Positions 1 through 8,677 of a DNA stretch of 64,000 nucleotides are shown here, piece after piece. Position numbers and translations under genes: made by a program. Location: contig CAIWHP010000110.1 in the NCBI GenBank assembly GCA_903912445.1, forward strand, positions 15,612 to 79,611, given 5' to 3'. Below the pieces are notes generated by a model. The model worked only from the letters and a program-made list of their open reading frames with translations. It was not told the origin of the DNA and searched no databases. Numbering within the stretch: the first letter of the stretch is position 1; each line of letters starts with the position of its first letter. This stretch comes from an uncultured Lentisphaerota bacterium (GTDB lineage: Bacteria; Verrucomicrobiota; Kiritimatiellia; CAIQIC01).

Positions 1-1
1 T

Positions 2-769
2 CATCTCGGCTTCCGCGTGGTGCTGCCGGTCAATGCGGAAAGCCGGCCGGTCATCAAGCCGACGCCGGTACAGAACATCCGCGGGCAAGGCAATCAGCAA
101 GGTGGAGGCGGGAAGCGGCCGCGTCAGGGCGGCCGGTCGGAGGGCAATCAGCGCCCCGGCGGCGAGGCTCAACCATCAACCATGAACCATCAACCATCTC
201 GTGCTGGCTCGTTTGTCTTGAGCAGTCCGGCGGTGCAGGCCGATGGCGTGCTGCCGGTGGAATTCACGGGCGAGGGCGAAAGCAGCTCGCCGCCGCTGGC
301 CTGGAGCGGCGCACCCGCCGGCACGAAAAGCTACGCGCTGATCATGCACCATGTCGATCCCAAGGGCATGACCAAGTGGTATTGGACCCTGTATAACATC
401 CCAGCCGACGTCAAAAGTCTGCCGAAGAATGTGAAGGGCATCGGGACGACGGGGAGCAACAGCGTCAACCGAGATCTTGGCTATGCGCCGCCGCATTCGA
501 AGGGACCGGGCGCCAAGACCTATATCCTGACGCTCTATGCCCTCTCGACACCGCCGCAGGTCAACGCCGCGCCGGAGCAAGTCAACCGCGAGGTGTTGCT
601 CGCCGCGATCAAGGACAAGACCCTTGCCAGCGCGGAGTTGAGCGTGAACTATGCGCGGAGCGGCAACGCCTCCAATGCCGACGACGAGCGCCGCCCGGGA
701 CAAGAGCGCCCGCCGCGCGATTCCAACCGGCAAGGGAACAACCGTCCGCCCCCACCCCCAAATCAATAG
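2..769 (+). CDS. PEBP/YbhB-family (Raf kinase inhibitor-like) domain protein, 5' end outside window
   Basis: The frame is open to the window start (HLGFRVV precedes the GTG at 17). PEBP-like core: SFVLSSPAVQADGVLPVEFTGEG...YALIMHHVDP...WYWTLYNIP...GYAPPHSKGPGAKTYILTLYAL. Flanked by a Gly/Arg/Gln/Pro-rich linker and tail. Confidence 0.7.
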   Translation, partial: HLGFRVVLPVNAESRPVIKPTPVQNIRGQGNQQGGGGKRPRQGGRSEGNQRPGGEAQPSTMNHQPSRAGSFVLSSPAVQADGVLPVEFTGEGESSSPPLAWSGAPAGTKSYALIMHHVDPKGMTKWYWTLYNIPADVKSLPKNVKGIGTTGSNSVNRDLGYAPPHSKGPGAKTYILTLYALSTPPQVNAAPEQVNREVLLAAIKDKTLASAELSVNYARSGNASNADDERRPGQERPPRDSNRQGNNRPPPPPNQ

Positions 770-790
770 AATTGCAGACCAACACCAGCC

Positions 791-2539
791 ATGGAGAAAG
801 CTATGAAGACGAAAATACAAAGCGTTCGCAGATTCGCCACGAGTGCGTTGCTCACCGTGTTGGTGAGCGGCCTCACCCTGCTCGGTTCCGCACAGGAAAA
901 CCGCCCGCCGCGTCAAGGTGGCGGACAAGCCCAAGGGCGCAACCGCGATGGCGGCGGCGGGGGCGGGGGTGCGGCTGGCGAGCGGCATGAGATGCCGGAG
1001 AACAAGACGCCCACGTCGCCGAATCCGGGCCAGACGGTGGGCCTGTTCCTCAACACAGCCAAGGCGTGCCCCGGCTATACGCTGATGGCGCCGAAGCACA
1101 ACACGGTGACCTACCTGATGAACAACGCCGGGCAGGTCGTTCATTCCTGGACAAAGAGCAAATATGAACCAGGACAAACCGTTTATCTGCTGCCCAACGG
1201 CCATATGGTCCGCTCCTGTATGCTTCGGGTGCAGGGCGGCACCGGCGGCGGCGAAGGCGGACGTATCGAGGAGTATGATTGGGACGGCAACTTGGTCTGG
1301 GAGTTCGACCACGCCACGCGCGACTACCAGTTGCATCACGACATCAAGCCGCTGCCCAATGGAAACTTCCTCGCCCTGATGGTCGAGCGCAAATCCCGCG
1401 AGCAGGCGCTGGCGGCCGGCTTCGATGAGCGCATGATGCGCGACGATTATCTGGTGCCCGATGCCGTGGTTGAGATTCAGCCCATCAAGCCCAAGGGCGG
1501 CAAGATCGTCTGGGAGTGGCATGTCTGGGATCATCTGATCCAAGACTCCGACAAAGCTAAGCCCAACTACGGCGAGCCCGCGGAGCACCCGGAACGCATC
1601 TACGTCAACTGCAACGGTCGCGCGTCAGCCGCGTTCTGGAACCACATGAATTCGCTCGACTACAATGCAAAGCTCGACCAGATCGTCTTGAGCGTCCGCG
1701 GCTGCAACGAAATCTGGATCATTGACCACAGCACCACGACCCAGCAGGCGGCAGGCCGTACGGGCGGCAAGCAGGGGAAAGGCGGCGACCTCCTCTATCG
1801 CTGGGGTAATCCCGCCGCCTACAAGCGCGGCACGTTGCAGGACAAGCAACTGGTCCAGCAGCACGACGCCCTGTGGATTCCCGCTGGTTATCCCGGCGCC
1901 GGGCACATGACGATCTTCAACAACGGCTATGACCGCGGCTGGTCGAGTGTCGAGGAGATCGTCCTGCCGGTGGATGCCAGCGGCCGCTACCCGCTCCAGG
2001 CCGGCAAGACCTACGGCCCCGAGAAACCCTTCTGGCACTACGAGGCCAAGAACCGCACCGACTTCTTCTCCGCCGAAATATCGGGTGCGTGCCGGCTACC
2101 CAATGGCAACACCCTCATCTGCGGCGGCATCGTGGGCAACTTGTTCGAGGTCACGCCAGCCGGCGAGATGGTCTGGCAGTACGTCAACCCGATGGTCCGC
2201 GGCGGCATCTTGGCGCAGGGCGAGCTCCCCGGCAAAGATATGCGCGGCCATCTGTGGAATGCCGTCTTCCAGGTGAATCGCTACGCGCCCGATTATCCCG
2301 GACTCAAGGGCCGCGACCTCACCCCGAAGGGCGTGATCGAACTGCCTGCCGACCAGAAGGGCAAAACCGGCATGCATTTGATGACAGAAGCCCAACGCAC
2401 CGACAAGCCCGGCGGCGGCGGCGGTGAAGGCAATGCAGGGAAGCGCAGCGGAGGCAATCGCGGTGACCGTCCCCCGCGTGATGGCCGGCAAGGACAAGGC
2501 GGCGACCAGCGCCCGCCGCCCCCGCCGGATCAGCAATAG
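791..2539 (+). CDS. Secreted arylsulfotransferase-like (ASST family) beta-propeller protein
   Basis: N-terminal signal peptide (MKTKIQSVRRFATSALLTVLVSGLTLLGSA). ASST-like blocks: GYTLMAP...LLPNGHMV, HHDIKPLPNGN, HMNSLDYN...IVLSVRGCNEIWIIDH, LYRWGNP. Paralog of the next gene. Family assignment is from remembered consensus only. Confidence 0.6.
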   Translation: MEKAMKTKIQSVRRFATSALLTVLVSGLTLLGSAQENRPPRQGGGQAQGRNRDGGGGGGGAAGERHEMPENKTPTSPNPGQTVGLFLNTAKACPGYTLMAPKHNTVTYLMNNAGQVVHSWTKSKYEPGQTVYLLPNGHMVRSCMLRVQGGTGGGEGGRIEEYDWDGNLVWEFDHATRDYQLHHDIKPLPNGNFLALMVERKSREQALAAGFDERMMRDDYLVPDAVVEIQPIKPKGGKIVWEWHVWDHLIQDSDKAKPNYGEPAEHPERIYVNCNGRASAAFWNHMNSLDYNAKLDQIVLSVRGCNEIWIIDHSTTTQQAAGRTGGKQGKGGDLLYRWGNPAAYKRGTLQDKQLVQQHDALWIPAGYPGAGHMTIFNNGYDRGWSSVEEIVLPVDASGRYPLQAGKTYGPEKPFWHYEAKNRTDFFSAEISGACRLPNGNTLICGGIVGNLFEVTPAGEMVWQYVNPMVRGGILAQGELPGKDMRGHLWNAVFQVNRYAPDYPGLKGRDLTPKGVIELPADQKGKTGMHLMTEAQRTDKPGGGGGEGNAGKRSGGNRGDRPPRDGRQGQGGDQRPPPPPDQQ

Positions 2540-2583
2540 GATGGATCTAGTCACATGTTCGAATATTTCCATCTGACATGTAG

Positions 2584-2650
2584 GGGCGCAGTCTTGCTGC
2601 GCCCGCTCTGCGTGATCTGCAAAACAAACGGGTGCAGCAAGATTGCACCC
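2584..2650. repeat. Two REP-like GC-rich hairpins with a CAAG/CTTG loop core
   Basis: GGGCGCAG-tcttg-CTGCGCCC (2584-2604) and GGGTGCA-gcaagat-TGCACCC (2630-2650), downstream of the stop at 2539. Confidence 0.6.
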
Positions 2651-2655
2651 CTCAA

Positions 2656-2701
2656 TTCCAAGGATTGGAAAATGTTTCGTCCCTTTTCCCAGGCCTTGGA
2701 A
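2656..2701. repeat. Pair of TTCCAAGG..TTGGAA-type AT-rich palindromes
   Basis: ttccaaggattggaaaa (2656-2672) and ttttcccaggccttggaa (2684-2701). Centres are about 30 bp apart, and the pair ends 21 bp upstream of the ATG at 2722. Confidence 0.7.
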
Positions 2702-2721
2702 CAGCCCTGAAGGAGACCCCC

Positions 2722-4362
2722 ATGAAAAAGATACTGTTCACCTGTCTGCTGCTCGCCAGTGCGGCTTTTGCCTACGAGCGCTTGCAAGGCCCGACCGAAC
2801 TGCTCTTCTGCGACAAGGCAAAGGCACTGCCCGGCTATGTGCTGTTCGGCGTCGGCAGCCGGACGTTCCTGCTCGACCTCGATGGCAAGGTGGTGCACAC
2901 GTGGCCCATCGGAACCAATCCGCACCTGCTCGATAACGGGAACGTTCTCGATGCGGGCAAGGACGACCCCAGCGGCTTCTCCGGTTTCAAGGAAGTGGAC
3001 TGGGACGGCAAGCAGGTTTGGGAATATACCGAGAAGCGCGAGGGCTATGCTCCGCATCATGATTGGGTGCGCATCTTCAACAAAAAGCTGAACGCGCCGA
3101 CCACGCTCTACATCGCCAATAAGTCTATCACCGATGCGCAAGCGCTCGCCGCCGGGGCCGACCCGAAGAATGGGCCGTATGACAACGGCCAGATGGACGC
3201 GATCGTCGAGGTGGATATGCAGGGCAATGTGATTTGGGAATGGTGCTTCTTCGATCACGTGGTTCAGGATGTGGATGCCAGCAAAGCAAACTATGTGGGC
3301 CAAGGCAAAACGGTGGCGGATTATCCAGGCCGTATCAACATCAACATGCCCGGCCGGCCGCTGAAGCGCGATTGGCTGCACTGCAACTCGATGGACTACA
3401 ACCCGGAATCCGGCCACGTTGTGATCAACTCCGTGCAGGGCGAACTCTATGTGATTGATCACGACGGGACGTTTGTCGCCGGCGATGCCAAGGCCGGCAT
3501 CGCCAAGGCCGCGGGACCGGCGGGCGATTTCCTGTACCGCTTCGGCGACCCGGCCCGCTACCAGCAGGGCGATCCGCCGAAAGTGATGGAGAACTGGGAT
3601 TCGGCCACCTCCGGCCATAAGCAGATGGGCGGCGCACACGATGTGCACTGGATTCACGCGGGCCTCCCCGGCGCGGGCCACCTGATGATCTTCAACAACG
3701 GGCAATATCTCTACCAGCGCACGCCGCAGTCCTCGGCGCTCGAAATCAATCCGTTCCTCGACGAGAGCGGACGCGACACCGGCAAGTATGTGAATCCGCC
3801 CGACGCCGGCTACCGGCGCGAGATCTATGACCACGACACGCACAACCAGCCGCGGCAGATCTCCAAGCAGATCGTCTGGAGCTATCGCTCCGTGAACAGC
3901 CACGGCTTCTTCAGCCACATCGGCTCCAGCGCGCAGAGGTTACCGAACGGCGGCGTCTTCATCTGCTCCGATACCGAGGGGCATTTCTTCGAGATCACCG
4001 CGAAGGGCGAACTGGCGTGGGAATACATCAACCCCGTCACGCGCGACGGCGCGGTCAAGACGCTCGGCGATGCGCTGCCGATGGTGAACTCCGCCTTCCG
4101 CGCCTATCGCATCGCCGCCGAGCATCCCGCGCTCAAGGGCCGTGACCTGACGCCGAAGGGCACGATCACCGAGCGCGCCGAGCAGGGGGTCGACACCTAC
4201 AAGCGCCGCCCACCGGAAGACCGCACAAAAGGCAAAGAGGGCAACGACGACCGCCGCGGCAAAGGCGGTAAAGGTGGTAAAGGAGGAGGTAAAGGTGGCG
4301 GACAAGGAGGTCAACGCGGTGGCGGCGATCGAGAAGACCGCCCGCCGCGCGATGGAAAGTGA
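2722..4362 (+). CDS. Secreted arylsulfotransferase-like (ASST family) protein, tandem paralog
   Basis: The internal ATG at 2722 gives a clean signal peptide (MKKILFTCLLLASAAFA). Same conserved blocks as 791..2539 (GYVLFG, HHDW, HCNSMDYN...VVINSVQGELYVIDH, LYRFGDP). Gly/Lys/Arg-rich tail ends in DRPPRDGK. Confidence 0.6.
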   Translation: MKKILFTCLLLASAAFAYERLQGPTELLFCDKAKALPGYVLFGVGSRTFLLDLDGKVVHTWPIGTNPHLLDNGNVLDAGKDDPSGFSGFKEVDWDGKQVWEYTEKREGYAPHHDWVRIFNKKLNAPTTLYIANKSITDAQALAAGADPKNGPYDNGQMDAIVEVDMQGNVIWEWCFFDHVVQDVDASKANYVGQGKTVADYPGRININMPGRPLKRDWLHCNSMDYNPESGHVVINSVQGELYVIDHDGTFVAGDAKAGIAKAAGPAGDFLYRFGDPARYQQGDPPKVMENWDSATSGHKQMGGAHDVHWIHAGLPGAGHLMIFNNGQYLYQRTPQSSALEINPFLDESGRDTGKYVNPPDAGYRREIYDHDTHNQPRQISKQIVWSYRSVNSHGFFSHIGSSAQRLPNGGVFICSDTEGHFFEITAKGELAWEYINPVTRDGAVKTLGDALPMVNSAFRAYRIAAEHPALKGRDLTPKGTITERAEQGVDTYKRRPPEDRTKGKEGNDDRRGKGGKGGKGGGKGGGQGGQRGGGDREDRPPRDGK

Positions 4363-4378
4363 TAGAATAACCTCCGTA

Positions 4379-5779
4379 ATGACAACCACTCCCTCCCAGC
4401 AAACACGCGCACCGCTCCACCGCCGCGATTTCCTCAAGCTAGTCGGCGCCGGTGCGCTGCTGTTTCCAATGGTTGCCAGCCTGGGGCTGCCCGTCTCGCA
4501 AAGCTCGGCTGGAAAAAGCGCAGGCTCCGCTGTCCAAGGCTTGGAAAAAGTCGGTGTGCAGAAGCCGAACATCATCCTGATCCTCGCCGACGACGTTGGC
4601 CTTGGCAATCTGGGTTGCACGGGCGGGCCGTTCAAGACGCCCCACCTTGATGCGCTCGCCGCGGGCGGCCTGCGCTTTTCGACCTGCTACGCGATGCCGC
4701 AGTGTTCGCCGTCGCGCTGCGTGGTGCTGACGGGACGGTATCCCTTCCGCACCGGTCTGTTGGGCAACCATGGGTATGAATCCGTGGATCCGAAGCGCGA
4801 GGTGATGATCCCGGGCGTGATGAAGAAAGCCGGGTACGTCACCGCCAGCGTTGGCAAATGGCATGTGGGACCGCTGGGCCCCGGCGGGTGGGGCTTCGAC
4901 GAGCATTTTCTCTTCCCCGGCAGCGGCCTCTACTGGCGCGACAAGAAGCCGCAGTCGAAGTATTACCATGTCAACGGCCAGCAGCATGACCTGCCCGAGG
5001 GCCAGTATCTGCCCGATCTCATGCACGAGTTCCTTGCCGGCTTCCTCGCGAAACACAAGGAGCAGCCGTTCTTCATCTACTATCCGATGGCGCACATCCA
5101 CGGCACCATCGTCCGCACGCCCGAGAGCAAGCCCGGCGCGGACGAAAAACAACTGTATACCGACAACCTCGAATACATGGATAAGCTCGTCGGCAAGTTG
5201 ATGGCCGAACTCGACCGGCTTGGCCTGCGCGAAAAGACGCTCGTACTCTTCAGCGGCGATAACGGCACCTCGGGCGGTTACTCCAAGATGGCGACCGTCA
5301 ACGGCCGCCTCCTCAACGGTCACAAGCTCAAACTGCTCGAAGGCGGCAGCCGCGTCCCGCTGCTCTGCAACTGGCCCGGCGTCACGCCGGCGGGGAAAAC
5401 CCTCAACGACCTGGTGGACTTCAGCGACTTTCTCGCCACGTTCGCCGATCTTGGCGGCGCGCCGCTGCCGGCGGGAGTTAAATTCGATGGCCACAGCTTC
5501 GCGCCGCAACTGCGCGGCGAAAAGGGCACGCCGCGCGATTGGATTTTCGTCCAGCTCGGGGGCAAGTGGTATGTTCGCGACCAAGGCTTCAAGCTCAACG
5601 AGAGCGGCGAACTCTTCGACATGAGCGAGGCCCCCTTCGCTGAGAAGCCTGCCACCAACGCCGCCGCAAAAGCCAAACTCCAAGCCGTCCTCGCCCAACT
5701 GAATCCCGCCGCCAGCGCTCATGACAAGGCCGGCGACACGGGGCAGAAGCGCAAAGCATCAGCCGGCGACGAGGAATAG
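4379..5779 (+). CDS. Sulfatase (formylglycine-dependent) with twin-arginine signal
   Basis: Tat motif HRRDFLKLVGAG. PNIILILADDVG and the CSPSR (C-x-P-x-R) sulfatase signature in MPQCSPSRCVVLTGRYP. Confidence 0.9.
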   Translation: MTTTPSQQTRAPLHRRDFLKLVGAGALLFPMVASLGLPVSQSSAGKSAGSAVQGLEKVGVQKPNIILILADDVGLGNLGCTGGPFKTPHLDALAAGGLRFSTCYAMPQCSPSRCVVLTGRYPFRTGLLGNHGYESVDPKREVMIPGVMKKAGYVTASVGKWHVGPLGPGGWGFDEHFLFPGSGLYWRDKKPQSKYYHVNGQQHDLPEGQYLPDLMHEFLAGFLAKHKEQPFFIYYPMAHIHGTIVRTPESKPGADEKQLYTDNLEYMDKLVGKLMAELDRLGLREKTLVLFSGDNGTSGGYSKMATVNGRLLNGHKLKLLEGGSRVPLLCNWPGVTPAGKTLNDLVDFSDFLATFADLGGAPLPAGVKFDGHSFAPQLRGEKGTPRDWIFVQLGGKWYVRDQGFKLNESGELFDMSEAPFAEKPATNAAAKAKLQAVLAQLNPAASAHDKAGDTGQKRKASAGDEE

Positions 5780-5794
5780 GCGGAGGCTGAACTG

Positions 5795-6041
5795 CGCTTG
5801 CGGTGCGAGCGACCTACCTTGCACGTTGCGAGATCAAGCCTGTTGGTAGGGCGGCCACGCCGTGGCCGCCGGTCAGCATCCAACGCGTTGGAGCCCCATA
5901 GCGTCAGGTGTGGCGCAACGTCCGTCGTGAGATTCCAGCACGGCCTTGCTCGCCGACCCACTCTTCCTTACGTGCGCTGATTCCCCGGCGCTCGCGGCGC
6001 GAGCGCCCTACCTTGCACATGGTGGATTCAAGCCTGCTTGG
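5795..6041. repeat. REP-like repeat pair (hairpin plus CCTACCTTGCAC box)
   Basis: Unit gcgagcgMcctaccttgcac..g.ga.tcaagcctg.ttgg occurs at 5805-5846 and 5999-6041. Each unit is preceded by or overlaps a GC hairpin (5795-5811; perfect 9-bp stem at 5987-6007). Lies in a convergent intergenic region. Confidence 0.65.
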
Positions 6042-6115
6042 CAGTGTGAGCACACCTGCGGCGAGCATGTCGAACCGCCATGGCCGCCGCCAGACAACAA
6101 ACCCCCAGCCCACGC

Positions 6116-6134
6116 TTTCCACTGCTTGGAAAAC
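6116..6134. repeat. Single degenerate copy of the TTCCA...TTGGAA palindrome
   Basis: tttccactgcttggaaaac lies between convergent genes. Confidence 0.4.
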
Positions 6135-6220
6135 AGCCGCGGCGGCCTCCAGCCAAGCCCTGCAAGACAGGCGACCCTTGGCAGCTTCACTTAGAAACCG
6201 GATAGAGCGTAACGCCTGCG

Positions 6221-7069
6221 TTATTTCTTGAGCGCTTTGCCGACGGCCTCGCCGAGCGCTTCGCCGCGGAGACCTTTGCCGAGAATCTTGCCGTCGGGGC
6301 CGACGAGCACGGTGAAGGGGATGCCGTGAACGCCGTACTGCCCGGCGAGCTTGTTCTTCCAGCCCTGCCCGTCGAAGTACTGCGCCCACGTCAGGCCGTC
6401 GTGGCTCTTGATGAACGCATCGAGCTTCTCGCGGCTGGAATCCAGGCTGATGCCGATGATCTCAAAGCCCTGGCTGTGATATTTCTTGTAGGTCTCGATC
6501 ACGTTCGGCAATTCTTGCACGCACGGGCCGCACCACGTGGCCCAGAAATCCACGAGCACCACTTTGCCCTTGAAGGCGCCGACGGAAAGCGGCTGGCCCG
6601 CCAGGTCCTTCTCGTTGAAGTCCGGGAAAGGCAGGCCCGGTGTGAGGCTGGCTTGGATCTTTTCGGACGCCGCCTTCAGGGCCTGCTGCTTCGCGAAATT
6701 CTCCATGTACTGGGTGCCCTTGTAATCCGCCTGCATCTGCTGGAACAGTTTTCCCGCAGTCGCCTTGTCGCCAAGGACCTGATCGTAGAGCATCGCCTTC
6801 ATGTAAACCACATGCGCCATGGCGTCGGTTTTTTCGTTGGCGTGCTTGGCAATGAGCGCATCGAAGGCTTTGAAATGGTCCGCTAGATCGGCGGCGGTCA
6901 CCTTGCCCTGCCGCTCCTTGAGCTTGAGCCGGACGTCCTTCACGATGGCGGCCAGTTCGGTTTGCACCGCGCTGGGCGCCGGCCGGGCGCCATCCGTAGT
7001 TTGCGCCCGAAGAACGGCCGGCGCCAACAGGGCGACGGCGAGCAGACTGACGATCAACTTGCGTTGCAT
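6221..7069 (-). CDS. TlpA/ResA-like periplasmic thiol:disulfide oxidoreductase (thioredoxin fold)
   Basis: VVLVDFWATWCGPCVQELP (WCGPC active site). The internal start gives the signal peptide MQRKLIVSLLAVALLAPAVLRA. Confidence 0.85.
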   Translation of the reverse strand: MQRKLIVSLLAVALLAPAVLRAQTTDGARPAPSAVQTELAAIVKDVRLKLKERQGKVTAADLADHFKAFDALIAKHANEKTDAMAHVVYMKAMLYDQVLGDKATAGKLFQQMQADYKGTQYMENFAKQQALKAASEKIQASLTPGLPFPDFNEKDLAGQPLSVGAFKGKVVLVDFWATWCGPCVQELPNVIETYKKYHSQGFEIIGISLDSSREKLDAFIKSHDGLTWAQYFDGQGWKNKLAGQYGVHGIPFTVLVGPDGKILGKGLRGEALGEAVGKALKK

Positions 7070-7264
7070 GGTTGTACTCCGTGATGCCAATTTAGTTTCA
7101 CTCACGGGCCGCATCCTATGCGGTTGCACGGCCGGCGCAAAGCGTTTTGTTTTCTGCCTGCCGCCTCCTGTTCTCCAGTGTGGAAGATTAACAAATTGTC
7201 ATGAAATCAACCGTGCACCCACAGGCCGGCTGTTGTTTAATCCTCCCGCCGGAACGGAGCCATT

Positions 7265-8677
7265 ATGAAACGCTTGCTGCTGTTCGCCTTGTTCGTTGCC
7301 GCCATCGCGGGGCACGCCGCCACGCCGCAGCGCCCCAACTTCGTCTTCGTCCTCGGCGAGGGTCACGGCTGGAGCAGCACCGCGGTGCAGATGGATGACG
7401 CAACGCCAAATTCCAAGAGCACATTCGTTCGGACACCAAACCTTGAGAAGCTCGCGTTGGCCGGGATGCGCTTCGCCAACTTCTACGCGCCGTCGCCGCG
7501 CTGCACGCCGTCACGCGTCAGCCTGTTCACCGGCAAGAGCCCGGCGCAGCTCGGGATGACCTTCATCAACGAGGGCAAGAAGGACAGCGGCGCGAACCCG
7601 AATGGGCGTGTACTGACACCTTCGGCCTCGATGGAACTGGCGGCGAGCGAGACGACGATCGCGCAATTGCTCAAGCGCGCCGGCTATGCGACCGCGCACT
7701 TCGGCAAATGGCACTGCGGGCGGGCGAACCCGCGCGAGCACGGCTATGACGAGAACGACGGCGCGAACGGCAACGGCGGGCCGGACGATGCTGAGAACCC
7801 CCACCCAAAACAGCTGTTCCTCATGACCGAGCGCGGTATGGATTTCATGGCGCGACAGACCAAGGCCGGCAAACCCTTTTATCTCCAGCTCGATCACTAC
7901 GCCGCGCGCAACGGTGGCGACGCGCGCCCGGAAAGCATCGCGGCGGTGAAGAGCTGGGGCGGCCACCTGGACGAGCGCGACCTCGGCGCCGCCGCCGCGG
8001 ATTGGGATCTCGATGTCGCCTTCGGCATGGTGCTGAAGAAGCTCGACGAGCTTGGCATCGCGAACAACACGTTCGTCATCTTCACCACCGACCACGGCAC
8101 ACCCGGGAAAAATCCGCCGTTCGCTGGAGGCAAGGGCACGGTTTCCGAGGGCGGGCTGCGCGTCCCGTTCATCATCCGCGGGCCGGGCATCAAGCCGGGC
8201 GTCTGCTCACACGTGCGGATGGTCGGCGCGGACGTAGTGCCGACCATGGCCGAGTTGGCGCGCCTCACCGGGCCGCTGCCCCACGGCATCGAAGGCGGCA
8301 GCTTCGCGGGTGTGCTGGCGAACGCGGGCAGCGGCAGCGTGAAACGTCCGCGCGAAGAATTCGTCGTCCACTTCCCGCATTACGACAAGGACGAGAGCGG
8401 GCCGGCGTCGGCACTGTATCTCGGCGATCTCAAACTGATCCGCGTCTATGAAACCGGCGCGCTGCAGTTGTTCAACATCGCGAAGGACCCCGGCGAACGA
8501 CGCGACCTGGCCGCGGAGATGCCGGACAAAGTCAAAGAGCTGAACCAACGCCTGACGGACTACCTCGCCGCGGTGAAGGCCCAGATGCCGATATCCAACC
8601 CAAACTATGATCCCAGCAAGCCTCGCCCGGAGACGAAGCGCGAGGGCAAGGGACAAGGCAGGAAGAAAGTCCGATGA
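7265..8677 (+). CDS. Sulfatase (formylglycine-dependent)
   Basis: Signal peptide MKRLLLFALFVAAIAGHA. PNFVFVLGEGHG. CTPSR signature in PSPRCTPSRVSLFTGKSP. TTDHGTPG. Confidence 0.9.
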   Translation: MKRLLLFALFVAAIAGHAATPQRPNFVFVLGEGHGWSSTAVQMDDATPNSKSTFVRTPNLEKLALAGMRFANFYAPSPRCTPSRVSLFTGKSPAQLGMTFINEGKKDSGANPNGRVLTPSASMELAASETTIAQLLKRAGYATAHFGKWHCGRANPREHGYDENDGANGNGGPDDAENPHPKQLFLMTERGMDFMARQTKAGKPFYLQLDHYAARNGGDARPESIAAVKSWGGHLDERDLGAAAADWDLDVAFGMVLKKLDELGIANNTFVIFTTDHGTPGKNPPFAGGKGTVSEGGLRVPFIIRGPGIKPGVCSHVRMVGADVVPTMAELARLTGPLPHGIEGGSFAGVLANAGSGSVKRPREEFVVHFPHYDKDESGPASALYLGDLKLIRVYETGALQLFNIAKDPGERRDLAAEMPDKVKELNQRLTDYLAAVKAQMPISNPNYDPSKPRPETKREGKGQGRKKVR

